NCBI RefSeq assembly: GCF_009914755.1
Contig: NC_060926.1
Strand: one strand, 5' to 3'
Source: the human T2T-CHM13v2.0 reference genome, Homo sapiens
DNA: 64,000 bases
Numbering within the stretch: position 1 is the first letter of the stretch; every line of letters starts with the position of its first letter. Under the pieces are notes generated by a model that worked only from the letters and a program-made list of their open reading frames with translations, ran no database searches and was not told where the DNA came from. This document shows, piece by piece, positions 12,808 to 24,800 of the stretch. A program made the translations under genes and the position numbers.

Positions 12808-12990
12808 GCATTTACTATATATATGGTACAACACCAAGCTCTTTTCATATGTCATCTCGCTTATAATCCTGTGGGTGGTATTATTATCCCCATTTTACAG
12901 GTGAGGAGACCTGCCTCCCAGGTCATTTATGTAGTGGAGCTGGGGCGCCAGTGCAGACTGAGTCTTCTTTCTGCTGTCCACTACCCCCTA
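12808..12990 (-). mobile_element. MIR SINE
   Basis: TATTATTATCCCCATTTTACAGGTGAGGAGAC. Confidence 0.7.
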
Positions 12991-13127
12991 GGACACTGGA
13001 CTAGTCCAGGAAATAAGGCACAGTCCTGAGACAAAGTCAGAGCCTTGGAAGCAGTCAGGGCATCTCACTTTAGGGCCCCAGAGTATGGGGGATGGTGGCT
13101 GTCTGGGGCACCAGGCTCCAGACATGG

Positions 13128-13487
13128 TGTATTAGTCCATTTTTACACTGCTGTAAAGAAATAGCCAAGACTGGGTAATTTGTAAAGGAAAGAGGTGTAA
13201 TTGACTCACAGTCCCACATGGCTAGGGAGGCCTCAGGAAACTTATAATCGTGGTGGAAGGTGAAGGGAAAGCAATGCACATCTTACATGGCAGCAGGAGT
13301 CAGGAGTGGTAACTGCCAAACACTTTTAAACCATCAGATCTCATGAGAACTCATTCACTATCACAAGAGCAGCATAGGGGAAACCACCCCCATGATCCAA
13401 TCACCTCCCACCACGTCCCTCCCCTGAAACGTGGGGATTAAAATTGGAGATGAGACTTGGGTGGGGACACAGAGTCAAACCATATCA
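13128..13487 (-). mobile_element. THE1 solo LTR (THE1D-like, MaLR)
   Basis: TGTATTAGTCCATTTTTACACTGCTG...GGGGACACAGAGTCAAACCATATCA; TG...CA termini; flanks CATGG/CACAG. Confidence 0.92.
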
Positions 13488-13699
13488 CACAGGTCCATCC
13501 CATCTCTGCTCTTGGTCTCCAGCTCTTTTTCACCTTGGCAAAGTCTGTGGCACCAAAGAGGGAGAGCAGGCTTGGGAGGTCCCCACACAGGAGGCCTGGA
13601 ATAGCATACCCTGCTTTCTCAGTTGCAGAATTGTGTACTTGAGATTCTGGTAACTTCTGTTGCATGAATCATTGTAAAGCATTGTTTTAGGTCATACAT

Positions 13700-14350
13700 G
13701 GTCATTATAGAGACTTAAGGGAAAACAGAAAGAATATTCTGAAAAAGAAAAAGTAAATTAACTCTAATTGTTCCATTCCCCAGATATAGCCACTCTTCAT
13801 ATCTCAGGGCATTCTTTCTGGTATATGTACGCATACACGCATGCACACATATGTATATACACATGCATATACATAAATATATGCTATGTATAATACATGT
13901 TTTATATGTATTATAAATACAAGTATTTTAAATACATATAAAACATGTATTATACATAGCATATGATACATGATGGCACTACACTGTATCTACAATTTTA
14001 TATCTAATAGTTTAAACCTAACATTACAACATTATCATCTTCCTGGATTATTAACTACTCTTCAATGTGATTTTAATGGCTTTAAAATATTTTATTACAT
14101 ATATGTAAACACCAGATTTATTTATTCCTCTATTATGGACATTAAAGTTGTGAATTTCTAATTTTACATGTGTATTAGTGAGATAAATTTTAAAATAAAA
14201 ATCCTTGAACATAGATCTTGATGAACCTACCTGAATATTTCCTGAGAATAAATTCCTAAGAGTTAAAACGCTGAGTAAAAGGCTGTGAACATTTTTAAGG
14301 CTCTTGATCAACATTGCCAAATTGCTCTCGAGGAAGGCATTACCAAGTTA
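13700..14350 (-). mobile_element. Ancient L1 (L1ME-like) fragment containing AT-rich simple sequence
   Basis: ATAAATTCCTAAGAG...AACATTTTTAAGGCTCTTGAT...TTGCCAAATTGCTCTC is typical of antisense late ORF2 in L1M. Confidence 0.7.
13879..13964. repeat. Near-perfect AT-rich palindrome (86 bp)
   Basis: 13879-13912 is the exact reverse complement of 13931-13964; six further inner pairs; 2-nt centre. Confidence 0.97.
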
Positions 14351-15839
14351 GGCTATCTTTGGTGGTTGCTTAATGAGCTTGGTTTGAATTATGCGTATGT
14401 AACAGGGAGTTTTAGCTGGCAGAGCTAAGGTCTAGACTGCCACACCCTCCCCCAAACACAAACATCAGTACCTGTCTGCACCCAGAGGTGCACAAGGGAG
14501 TTATTATTTTGTACTCAGGAGAGTAGAAGGGGTCGTCAGTAAAGGAGAGTCCAGCGGACAACAGAGGGGGCTTATGGTGTGTCTTCCCCAGCTGGTCCCA
14601 GGCTTCTCTCCCCAAGTGGAAGAAGAGACAGGGGAGGCCTCTGGAGAGCAGATCTGCTTCAGATCTAGAATCACTGGGAAAAGCTCACTCATTCTGTGTC
14701 TGCAGCAAGCCTAGCACCCCTCTGGCCCCCTGAGGTTTGGAAATTTGGGGAACCCTTGAAGGTAACATCATGCCTGGGACGGTGGCCTTCTTGAAGCAGA
14801 CTGAGACAGCAACAAGATACCTGCTAGTTTATTCACAAGCACCAGTCTTGGATAGAGAGAACGATCCCAATGACCCCAAGTGACCTGGTTTAGGGGGTCT
14901 GGGAAGATGCCAGAAATAACTGGGAGTACTTGGGGAGGAAGTTCAGATTATCCCTCTGATGGCAGCTCTGAGCCAACCCATCCTGAGCCAACAGACAAAT
15001 GAATTAGATATTCATAATTTTCTCCATAATTTTTCAGCATTTGATTGTTTTATCATGGCTAGAATCCACTCATCCATCCGTCCTCGTACTGGAAGGCTGA
15101 ACAGCCCACATGTGGATCGTGGCCTCCTCAACTCCATCAACCTCGGTTGGGGAGAAAGTGCATGGGCTGCAGCGGCTCAACTACCAGACCTCAAACTCTG
15201 ACTCCCAGTCCACAGCCCTAGATCCCAAACCAAAGCTCTATCACATTCATATGCGTCTAACAGCTCAAACTGAGGGCTGGCTAAGAGCTTCATAATTTAG
15301 CAGTTACAAGAACAGGGAGAGCATCAGAGTAAATTACACAGTTTAGAAGGAGGACAAGTTTAGCAAAATTAAGAATAGTGCTTTAATTTACACTTCCCTA
15401 AAAATATAATTGTTTATTTAAGAAAGCTTTTTGCCTTGTTAACAGAAATTACCAAATGAAAATGTATTTTGACTCCATAAATGTACTGGGAGTTCACCAA
15501 TCTAACGTTACATAATAAAGACAAGGTCTAATCAATATTTTGATTTATGAAGGTCAAAAATCAAGGTGTGAGGTGTTTCCTTGAAGTTCAAGGCTTCAAG
15601 AGATATGCTTTAGAAGGGAAGTCCAAATAACCACAAGTCATATATCATCATCTAACTGTTTTTGCCCCTATAAACATCAGTTGGCATTTACCCTATGTTC
15701 TTCACCCACTTGGCCAGCAGTCTAATAATAACAATAACAATAAATAACTACCGGTTATCAAATACTTATTACTTGAATGTCTTGGCTCATTGAATGCTTA
15801 CATGTCTATGATGTGGATCATATTCTTTTTACCATGCAA

Positions 15840-16300
15840 TTAATTTTGTTATTGTGGTAAGAACATTAAACATGAGATTTACCCTCCTGATAAATATTTA
15901 AGTGCACGATGCTTTATTGTTGACTATAGGTACAATGCGGTACGGTAGATCTCCAGACCTTATTTATCTCGCTTGACTGAAACTTTATGCCCATTGATTA
16001 GTAACTCCCCACTTCCTGCCTCTCCAACCCCTGGTAACCAACTACCATTCACACTCTGCTTCTGTGAATTTCACTATTTTAGAGACCTCATATAAGTGTA
16101 ATCATGCAGTATTTGTCTTTCTATTACTGGCTTATTTCACTTGCAATAATTGTCCTCAAGTTTCATTCATGTCATTGCATATTGCAGGATTTCCTCCTCT
16201 TTAAAGACTGAATAATATTCCATTGTATGGATGGACCACATTTTCTGTATGTACTCATCTATCCACAGACATTGTCTTAGTTGTTTCCACATCTTGGATA
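15840..16300 (-). mobile_element. L1MA-type 3' end (L1MA9/10-like) inserted in a MIR
   Basis: TGTGGTAAGAACATTAAACATGAGATTTACCC...TGACTGAAACTTTATGCCC...CATGCAGTATTTGTCTTTC; MIR halves at ~15720-15830 and ~16315-16400. Confidence 0.8.
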
Positions 16301-16685
16301 TGTGGGCAATCTTATCAAGCCCTTTTCACAAATGAGATAACTGAGACTCAGAAAAGGCAACCCACCCACATTCAAATATTTGGTAACTTGCTCAAACCAG
16401 ATCTTGCCTACCACCGACTCCATATGCCTGATGTCCACCAAGCATTTGCAACCACAGGAATAAAAGTCACTGGGTGCACATTCTACTCCAGGTGCTTTAT
16501 ACATCCTATCTAGAACCGAGCAACCTCACCTGGCAGACAGCTCCCTGACATGAACCTTTATGAAGAAAGCCAAGTTAGTCAAGAGGGAAGCCCCGATCCC
16601 AGCCCAAGCAGTCAGATTCCAAAGGCCCGTTTCTGCTGTTCCAAGTTGTTCTTCTCCCCGCCTGCAAATAAAAACACCTAAGGGA

Positions 16686-16966
16686 TTTTTTTTTTTTTTT
16701 TTTTGAGACAGAGCCTCGCTTTGTCGCCCAGGCTGGAGTGCAGTGGCGCGATCTCGGCTCACTGCAAGCTCCGCGTCCTGGGTTCACGCCATTCTCCTGC
16801 CTCAGCCTCCTGAGTAGCTGGGACTACAGGCACCCGCCACCGCGCCCGGCTAATTTTTTTGTATTTTTCAGTAGAGACGGGGTTTCACTGTGTTAGCCAG
16901 GATAGTCTCTATCTCCTCGGCCTCCCAAAGTGCTGGGATTACAGGCGTGAGCCACCTCGCCCGGCC
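16686..16966 (-). mobile_element. AluY with ~20-bp internal deletion
   Basis: Y-diagnostic GCAAGCTCCG, TTCACGCCATT, GTGTTAGCCAGGAT; poly(T) at 16686. Confidence 0.95.
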
Positions 16967-17110
16967 GGATATTTTTTTTAATGTTGGTTCCCAGGTCTTT
17001 TCCTAAGAGTTTCTGATTCCATTGGTCCAGTGTGGGGCCCCAGCTTCTGCGTTTTATTTTAAAACCCCTCAGAAGATTCTAACAGTTCACTGGGCAGCCG
17101 GGGCCGACAA
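16967..17110. mobile_element. MER5-family (MER5B-like) hAT element, interrupted by the AluY
   Basis: TTCTGATTCCATTGGTCCAGTGTGGGGCCC...GATTCTAA. Confidence 0.6.
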
Positions 17111-18869
17111 CGGCTGCATGGCTCCCCTTATTCCTTACAGATCCCAGGCACTCCACGGGGCACATTCTGCCCTCCAGGGGCTGCCAGGTTGCTGAGCAGT
17201 GACCAGGAAACCTCACCCAATAAGAGAATTTGTCGGACGGGGGCTTTGGAGAGAGCCAAGTGAGGCCGCGGGAGGGAAGCCTGGGCCAATGCGGTTTGGG
17301 AAGAGATGGGAATTGGCAGGAAAGGATTCCTTAGGGGAGGGGACGTTTGTGCTGAGTAAGGTTCACCAAGAGAAAAAGGGGGAGAAAAGTAAACCTGCCA
17401 TGCTAGCGTCTCCACTTCCCTTTCCTGCTAAACGGCTGTATGGACGTGATCCCCCAGAGGCACGGCGGGCTCCAGCCTGCCCGCTCAGCCCTTCTCTGAC
17501 TGGAGAGGAAAGCACGTGTGCCCATCAGCCCACGAGCTGCAGCCACCAGCCCCACGGCCTCCTGGATGAACTCCATTAAGCCAACTCAGAGAGTTCAATT
17601 TTTGCTTCAGTTCTAAAAAGACAAATGAGGATCTGGGTGAAGAATTGTTAGAGATTTTTCATTCTAATTGAGAAACTCACCCAGAGAGGCTGCCAGAGCC
17701 CAGGTAATCAATCTCTTGGGCCGTGTGTGACAGGGCAGCCTTCGCGCCCCTATTCCACGGGGAGAAATCAGAACTTCCGGTGGACCCGCAGGGGTCACAG
17801 GAAGTCCCCTTTGCACAGACCGGTCCCCATTGTCGGGAAGAACAGGGTGACATCCAATCAGCTTCTCCAGGTCCAAATCAATCACCTACATTTCAATTCC
17901 CTTTTCTCATCAAATGCCAGCTGCGAAAGAGCCCAGCCTCATCAGAATTCTGCTGTGATGAGTGTTGAAACTACAGGAATTAAGAACTAGGTCACCGCAG
18001 GGGAAGGCTGCTCTGTGGTTTCATTATCTAGGTTGCTGGAAAGCCCCCATCTCACAGGGATCCCCCTAGTCACCAGAGCACCGTGAGGCGTGGATATTCA
18101 GCATCCGAAATGCATTTTTTGTGGGGACAGCAGCACACGTGGGGAAGGAACACAGAATCGGCTGTGGCCAGCGGGTCTATTCATGCCGTGAAGATCCTCC
18201 CAGACCCCTCCCGATGCCTACTGGGCTTCAGGCCCCAGGAAACAAAGCTAAGTCATGCTAGCCCCTGCTCTGGAGAAACCGCTTCCCGGTGGCTGGGATG
18301 GAAACAAGCACCAGGCCCCGAGGATGCAGAATCAGAGGATTCCCAGGAGCTTCGTGTGAGGCTGGAGGGCCCAGCTGGGATGTGCAGGGAGGGACCCCTC
18401 AGGGCTGTGCGCTTTAGCTGAGCTGAGTGCAAAGGATGACAAGGAGGAGAAAAAGAAAAGAGAGCAAGATGGAGCTGGGGCGAGAGCAGAGAGATGCATC
18501 AAGGGGAGAAAGCAATGTGTCCAAAGACATGAGACAGAGAGGCCCATTCCCTCTGTGGGAGGTGGAAGAGGGGCGGTGGGCCCTCTTTGAGCCCACCTGC
18601 TGTGCTAGGGAGGCAGAACTGTGCCCTAAGACACAAGAGACTTGTTGGATGACTTTCTGGCAAAGACAGAACCTGATCAGATGCATGCGTCTGAAAGGAT
18701 GGTGCAGGCAGCCTGCAGCCCGGGAGCAGGGTGAGAGGCTGCAGGATCACAGTGGGCAGCTGGGCCACCCTAGGGAAGGCACTGACTGATTGGAGGTTTG
18801 CAGGCTAACCAAGCTGGAGGCTGCATGTGAGAAGGAGGGAGGAGAGCTCCAGGACAATCACAGATGATC

Positions 18870-19080
18870 ATGATGGGCTGGGCGCGTGCCGCCTACGCTG
18901 TACCCACTAAGCACTTAACTTGCATTATTTTATCATCTTCAAAATCCCTTGCCGCAGGAGCTGTTATAGTCCCCATTTTTCAGAAGAGAAAACAGAGACA
19001 AAAAGCAGTTGAGACCACAGAGCCATGACATGCAGTACAAGGCCGTCGGCTTCCAGGGTCCCCTGTTAACCACAGCCTAG
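18870..19080 (-). mobile_element. MIR SINE
   Basis: CTAAGCACTTAAC...GTCCCCATTTTTCAGAAGAGAAAACAGAG. Confidence 0.65.
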
Positions 19081-19206
19081 CGTGCCCATCCAAGGCCGGC
19101 CCATGGTGGCCAGCTTGCACAGCAGGGTGGATGGCAGGGCCAGTCATGGGGAAGGAGGGCACTAACAGAGAAGGTCTAAGCTGAGACACCAGTGGAAGAT
19201 CTAGGG

Positions 19207-19409
19207 CAACAGGCAACACTGCCCCGTGGGAATTCTTCTGTGCTATGTTCTAGAATGTTCTGTAATTCTGCCCTGTCTGATACAATAGCCGTGAGTCACA
19301 TATGTGAAATACAGCTACTGCAAGTGAGGAGCTGAATTTTAAACTTCATTTCATTTTAATTAACGTTCATCACCACATGTGCAACTGGCTACCATGCCAG
19401 TTATGGTAG
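19207..19409 (+). mobile_element. MER3 (hAT-Charlie)
   Basis: TGAGGAGCTGAATTTTAAA...CCACATGTGCAACTGGCTACC; perfect 8-bp TSD ATCTAGGG at 19199-19206 and 19410-19417. Confidence 0.85.
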
Positions 19410-21659
19410 ATCTAGGGTTTGCAGACAGCAAGCAATGTACTTTTTGCATCTAAAGCTCAGGAAGGCACCTGGGCTGGTGATGTATGAACAATGGTTTCCG
19501 CTTAGCAGCTCCAGGTACTTCTGGCTGGTATCATGCATTCCTATTTGGTAAGAAAACTAAGGCTTACGGATGTTAAGCAAGGCCCCACATTCGTGCATGG
19601 ATGACCCAGACACAGCACAGGGGAATCCAATTCCGAAGCCCCTTTGTTTATCTACCACGGCCCCTAATACCACCCCCAAGTTTTCCGTAGAGCAGGATAA
19701 GAACACAGGCCTCTGGGTTTGGGGACCGCCACTTATAGGTGAAATCACAGGGGTGCATGCGACCACCCAAGGTGTGTGCAGAATCTAAGAAAAGGTGCTA
19801 AGGAAAGAGTCCAAGGGGACATGGAGAAGAGAAAAGGCCCCTGAGGGACCTCAGAAAAAATACCCAGAAAAATAGGAGGAAGATCATGCTTTCATTCATT
19901 TTACCAAGCACCAAGCATCCACTCTCTCATTTCTAGCAAATGAAAGAGTGATTGCCTGGTCCTCAGTGAGTCCTGTTCACTGAGGGCCACACTACAAGGC
20001 AGAAGTCAAACCACCACCTGGGACAGAGGCCCATGCAGGGCCAGTGCCAGGGCAGGAAAGTGAGAGCTCGCCCCTGGCTGATCTGACCCAGGAAGGCTTC
20101 CTGGAGGCAAGCAGTATTCTTAGAAGCTAATATCCTGTGCACCAGAGAACTCCCTTGGAATGGAGTGGAATTATTCCCCTGAATAACTTAAGCGAATTCC
20201 TAGTGGAGCACAAAGTCAATGTAAATGTAAGCTTCTGGAGGTTGCCTCAGTAAGGCCAATGCACTACTGAGGAATGATAAGAAAAATGCCAGTAAGTGGT
20301 TTCCATGAGGTCATTATTTTTATTGAATCATAAAATATTGAGCAGTTCTGTTTTATTTTTAAAAACAGAAACTCAAGAGATGAAGTAGAAACAAGCCAAG
20401 TGAAGTTTGTTAGTTCCATTAAAATATTACCTGCCAGAGGAAAGAATGTACTATAATTGTCATCTATGCTCAATGCATACTAAATACCACCTACATGTGA
20501 CCAGCGGTTTATATTCTTTTCAACTTCTCTGCTGCCATCTTAACCATTTCAGGGAAATAAGCTGTAGAAAGTCAAATTAGGGCTTAAAGAAACGAGACTT
20601 GGCCTCAAAGATAAATAGTATCATTGCCCTGATTTCATTGTTTCAAATATAAGATTTTATTTTGAGACGAAAGTTTAATTAGGCAGAGGTGGATCACTAA
20701 ATTCTTTGACTTCAGAATCATACTTTCTGCAAGATTTCACCTGTGAAATTCACTGCCTTTAATTACTGCCTCACGTTAAAAGAGAGAATCTTTCTTCTGA
20801 ATGGCTAATAATGTTATTATAAGAGGTAATTACAGAGCAGTTATCTGTGGTCAGTAACACCAACGTATGTAGATGGCAATATTCTGGTTTTTGAACTTTG
20901 AAGGCAATTTGTTAGGGAAACACTTTCTTCCCCAAACAATGTTGATGTTTTGGATTTGTTGGTCTTTTCTGATCTTCTTTTTTTTTTCTTTTTAAGAAGG
21001 AAAAAAAGAAGCATTTAGAAATCAGTCCTTTACTGGATGAATTTCTTCACTTCCCAGAAAGCAAGAAAACAATTGTTTCCTGTAATTGGACAGTTTGATT
21101 GGAGGCAGGTGGTGCTGAGCTGAGGAAACTGGAGCCACAAAGCCAATTTTGGCTTCAAGCACATTCCCTTTAGTTCTAAGTTCCAGCAGTACAACATGTA
21201 AATTGGCTTCACAAAAGCCGATTATAAATTTAGTTCCCGTTTCTCTAACAAGCACCTTATCGGCGATGAAGAGTTTTGGCAAATGGGGACAGCGTACAGA
21301 TCAGACGCGGTTAGAAAGCTGCCCTGAGATACCCCAGCACTAATTCCTTGAACATGTTCTTGCTACCACAAAGCAGAAATTTATGAGCGATCCCGGGAGC
21401 CATCGTGTGTCATCGTTTTAAACTATGGTGATTTCTTCTTTTTTCAGGTTAACTGGCCTTTGCGTTGCTCGTGCTGCATTATCTTGAGTTAATATTTGCC
21501 CTCCATATTTTCAAGTAACAGGCCAAGTCAACTTGGCGTTGCGGATTGCAAACATCAGCCCTGAGTATGGCCCAAACTTCAAGGTCTGGGAAATAAATGG
21601 GAGCCGTTTATTATTCCCTGCTGCCTTCACCCCGTCTCTGAGCCCTCTCCTTTCTCTTC

Positions 21660-21825
21660 CCATGTGCTGGTTCATGCATTTTTACCCCTTGCAGGGCAGC
21701 TGAGAAGCAATATTCCTCTTTTACAGATGGAGAAGCTGAGCCCCACAGAGGTTAACTGCTTTGGCCAATGTCACACAGTCAGTCAGGAGCAGAGAAGTAA
21801 TGGGCCCAAGTGCCAGCTTCCCAGT
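21660..21825 (-). mobile_element. MIR SINE
   Basis: TTTTACAGATGGAGAAGCTGAGCCCCACAGAGGTTAA...GTCACACAG. Confidence 0.75.
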
Positions 21826-22518
21826 CGTGTTCCAACTTCGTGTTGGAACTGCTCCAACTTCGTGTTAATTAATTTCCTCCCTACTGTAAATCCATAAATT
21901 AAAATAGCCATTTATAAGAGACATGGGGGTTTCTAATAAATGGAGGCACATTCTTGGAGGAAAGGCAGGGGGAAATTTATCTGGTAATTTCTATCCAGTT
22001 ATTGTCTTTATATACTCTCTATATTAAATCAGTGACTGTAAAGGTCCAGCATGTTTTATAATTAACTTCTGACCATGCTTAAATTTTTAGAAATGTTAAT
22101 CTAATGTCTAGGTGAGATTTGAGCTTCTTATTATTGTTAGAACTTGGAAATAACCTTTTCTGATCCCAAATAGATTAATGGCTGAAATGATAACTTTGTT
22201 CTCAGATAAATTTCACCGGTCAGTCTGCCTTTCTGTACAGAATTATTTTACAAAAACACATTGCAGAGTTCGCTGAGTGCCTCGGAACTGCAACACTCTT
22301 GTTTTTCAAGGCGATTACATCCAAGGAAATGCCACTACATTTTCCTCTCCAAGCCAGTGGATACCTGCAGTTCAAAACGTTGACTTTGCTGAGAGTCCCA
22401 GAATCTAAACACTGGAGGTCAGGTGAATTGAGGTCTTCTAGAGTGACGAGGACACTTTTGCTTTTAATCGTTGGCTAAAGATATTCTCTACAGACATGCG
22501 AGTCTGAAAGGGAGATGA

Positions 22519-22823
<305 letters not shown>

Positions 22824-23949
22824 CGAAAGGGAGATGATTTCTCTCCCAACCTGTTGGAGAGAGAATTCTCCTGCCCATCTTCATGTTGTAATTACCCTGT
22901 CCTGCCCCAGATGAACAGCTTCACGCAGCTGCCACCCCAGGACTGCTGGGGCACACAGGGAGGAAGAGAAGACAAGCTCGCAAATACTGTGAACGTTTTC
23001 TAAAAAGGAATGTGTGCTGATTAAACCTGTCAGAAAGCAGACTGAGTTTGCACAAGGAGTTCTGGTTGATAGATAACTCAGAAATCTTGGCAACAATACA
23101 GAACCAATATTTTTATAGAGGTGGCACCATCTTAAACAATGTCCTTAGTGTGCAAGACACAGGCAGCCCTTCTATCAATATCCAGCAAGGGTGACTTTTT
23201 CCTCCACCTCCTCTGAACAAACAGGCTGATGAAGGAGCCGGAATGGAGGTGGGAGGGAGACGGGTTGGGCAGGACACAGTGGGAAACAGGAAAGTGATTT
23301 TAATGATCTCTTTCAATAACGCAGCCACCTCCCTCAACTAGATGTGACTCTGGCCAAGCTAGGTTAAAACAGGTCGCCATGCTAAGCTGGAACCAGCCCC
23401 CCAATTCTGTTTGTTTATCCTAACATGTAGAAGTAGCTACACAAACTTTGGTTTAACTACATGCAGTCAGCAGCACATTGCGTTTCTCCTCAATCAGGCA
23501 CAAGACTGTCAGAGTCACCACACTGCTATCGACAAGTGCAACGTTAGCAGCATCAATGTCCCTGCCTCCTTCCTCCTCTCTGACCTGAGCACCTCCTCTG
23601 GAATATTCCCCCTGTTCACCCACAAGGACTTTCACACTCTGTCCCTTAAAGAAAAAAAAAGAAAAAGAAAGAAACCTCTTTGTATAACAGCATGTCTTCC
23701 CAAACCTGTATCTCTTCCCAGAAAAATAAAAAAAGAATTGAAGCTTTTGTCAACCTAATCCACAGGTTATCAGAGGTGGGGGCGTCCATCTGGGCTAAGG
23801 TGAAAACAGCAGCCCCCTGATGGTGCAAACATTGGCAGGGGGCAGTGAGCTGAGATGTGGCCCATGCCCACCACTGGGGGCTCGAGGCCAAGCAGAGCAC
23901 CAGGGGAGAGGGTCATCAGACAGTGGCATCCGTGCGCCCCACCCCCGGG

Positions 23950-24377
23950 GGATTCACTTCCAGGGGCTGCCATGACAAGGCACCACCAGCTGGGCAGCTT
24001 AAAACAAGAGAAACGCATCCTCTCACAGTTCTGGAGGCCAGAAGTGCAACACCAAGCTGTTGGCAGGGCCCTGCCCCCTTTGATCCCTGTGGAAGAGAAT
24101 CCTGCCTCCCTCTCTGGCCACCACTGTGGCCGACAGGCCCTGCCTTCCCTGGCCTGCAGCTGCGGTGCCTCTGTCCCGGCCTCTGTCCTCACATGGCGTC
24201 TCCCTGTTTCTCTATGCCTTCCCCTCCTCTTACAGGGACACTTTACTCCAGTACCTCATCTTAACTAATTACCCCCCAGTCCTATTTCTAAATGAGGCCA
24301 CATTCTGAGGCCCTGGGGGTTGGGACTGCCACACAGCTTTTGCAGTGGGGTTGGGGAGCATGATTCAGCCCATGACG
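23950..24377 (-). mobile_element. MLT1C-like MaLR solo LTR
   Basis: GGGCTGCCATGACAA...CTCTCACAGTTCTGGAGGCCAGAAGT...CTCATCTTAACTAATTAC...CACATTCTGAGG. Confidence 0.8.
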
Positions 24378-24384
24378 TCCACTG

Positions 24385-24800
24385 CCACCTTCCAGTGGCT
24401 CCTCTCCTCAGAGAATAAAATCCACATCCCATGGTCTTGCCTTCCATGAGCTGGCGACTTTCCAGGCTCACCTCCTGACATCCTCCTTGTGTTCCAACCC
24501 AGGGCCCTCCCTCCCTTTCAAGGCTGCCCCTGCACTTCCTGTTGCTGTTCCTTCCTCCAGGAATGTCCTTCCCTATCCAGCTTCAGTGCCCTCCTCTCCC
24601 TGGAGTTTCCTTACGTGTCCTCAGCAACAAAGGAACAGAGCTCCATGTCCCTTGCCTTGATTTTCTCTTAAGGGATTTACCATGTTCTACTTCTTGTCCC
24701 AATAGTAAATGATGTGATTTTTCTTTGACCCCTGTGGGCACCTTAGAGCTGAAACTTGCCCTTGCAGTGCCTGTCAAGCAACAGATACTCAATGAGTGTT
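24385..24800 (+). mobile_element. L2 LINE 3' fragment
   Basis: CTTCCAGTGGCTCC...GAATAAAATCCA...GCTGTTCCTTCCTCCAGGAATG...CAGTGCCTG...ACTCAATG. Confidence 0.65.
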
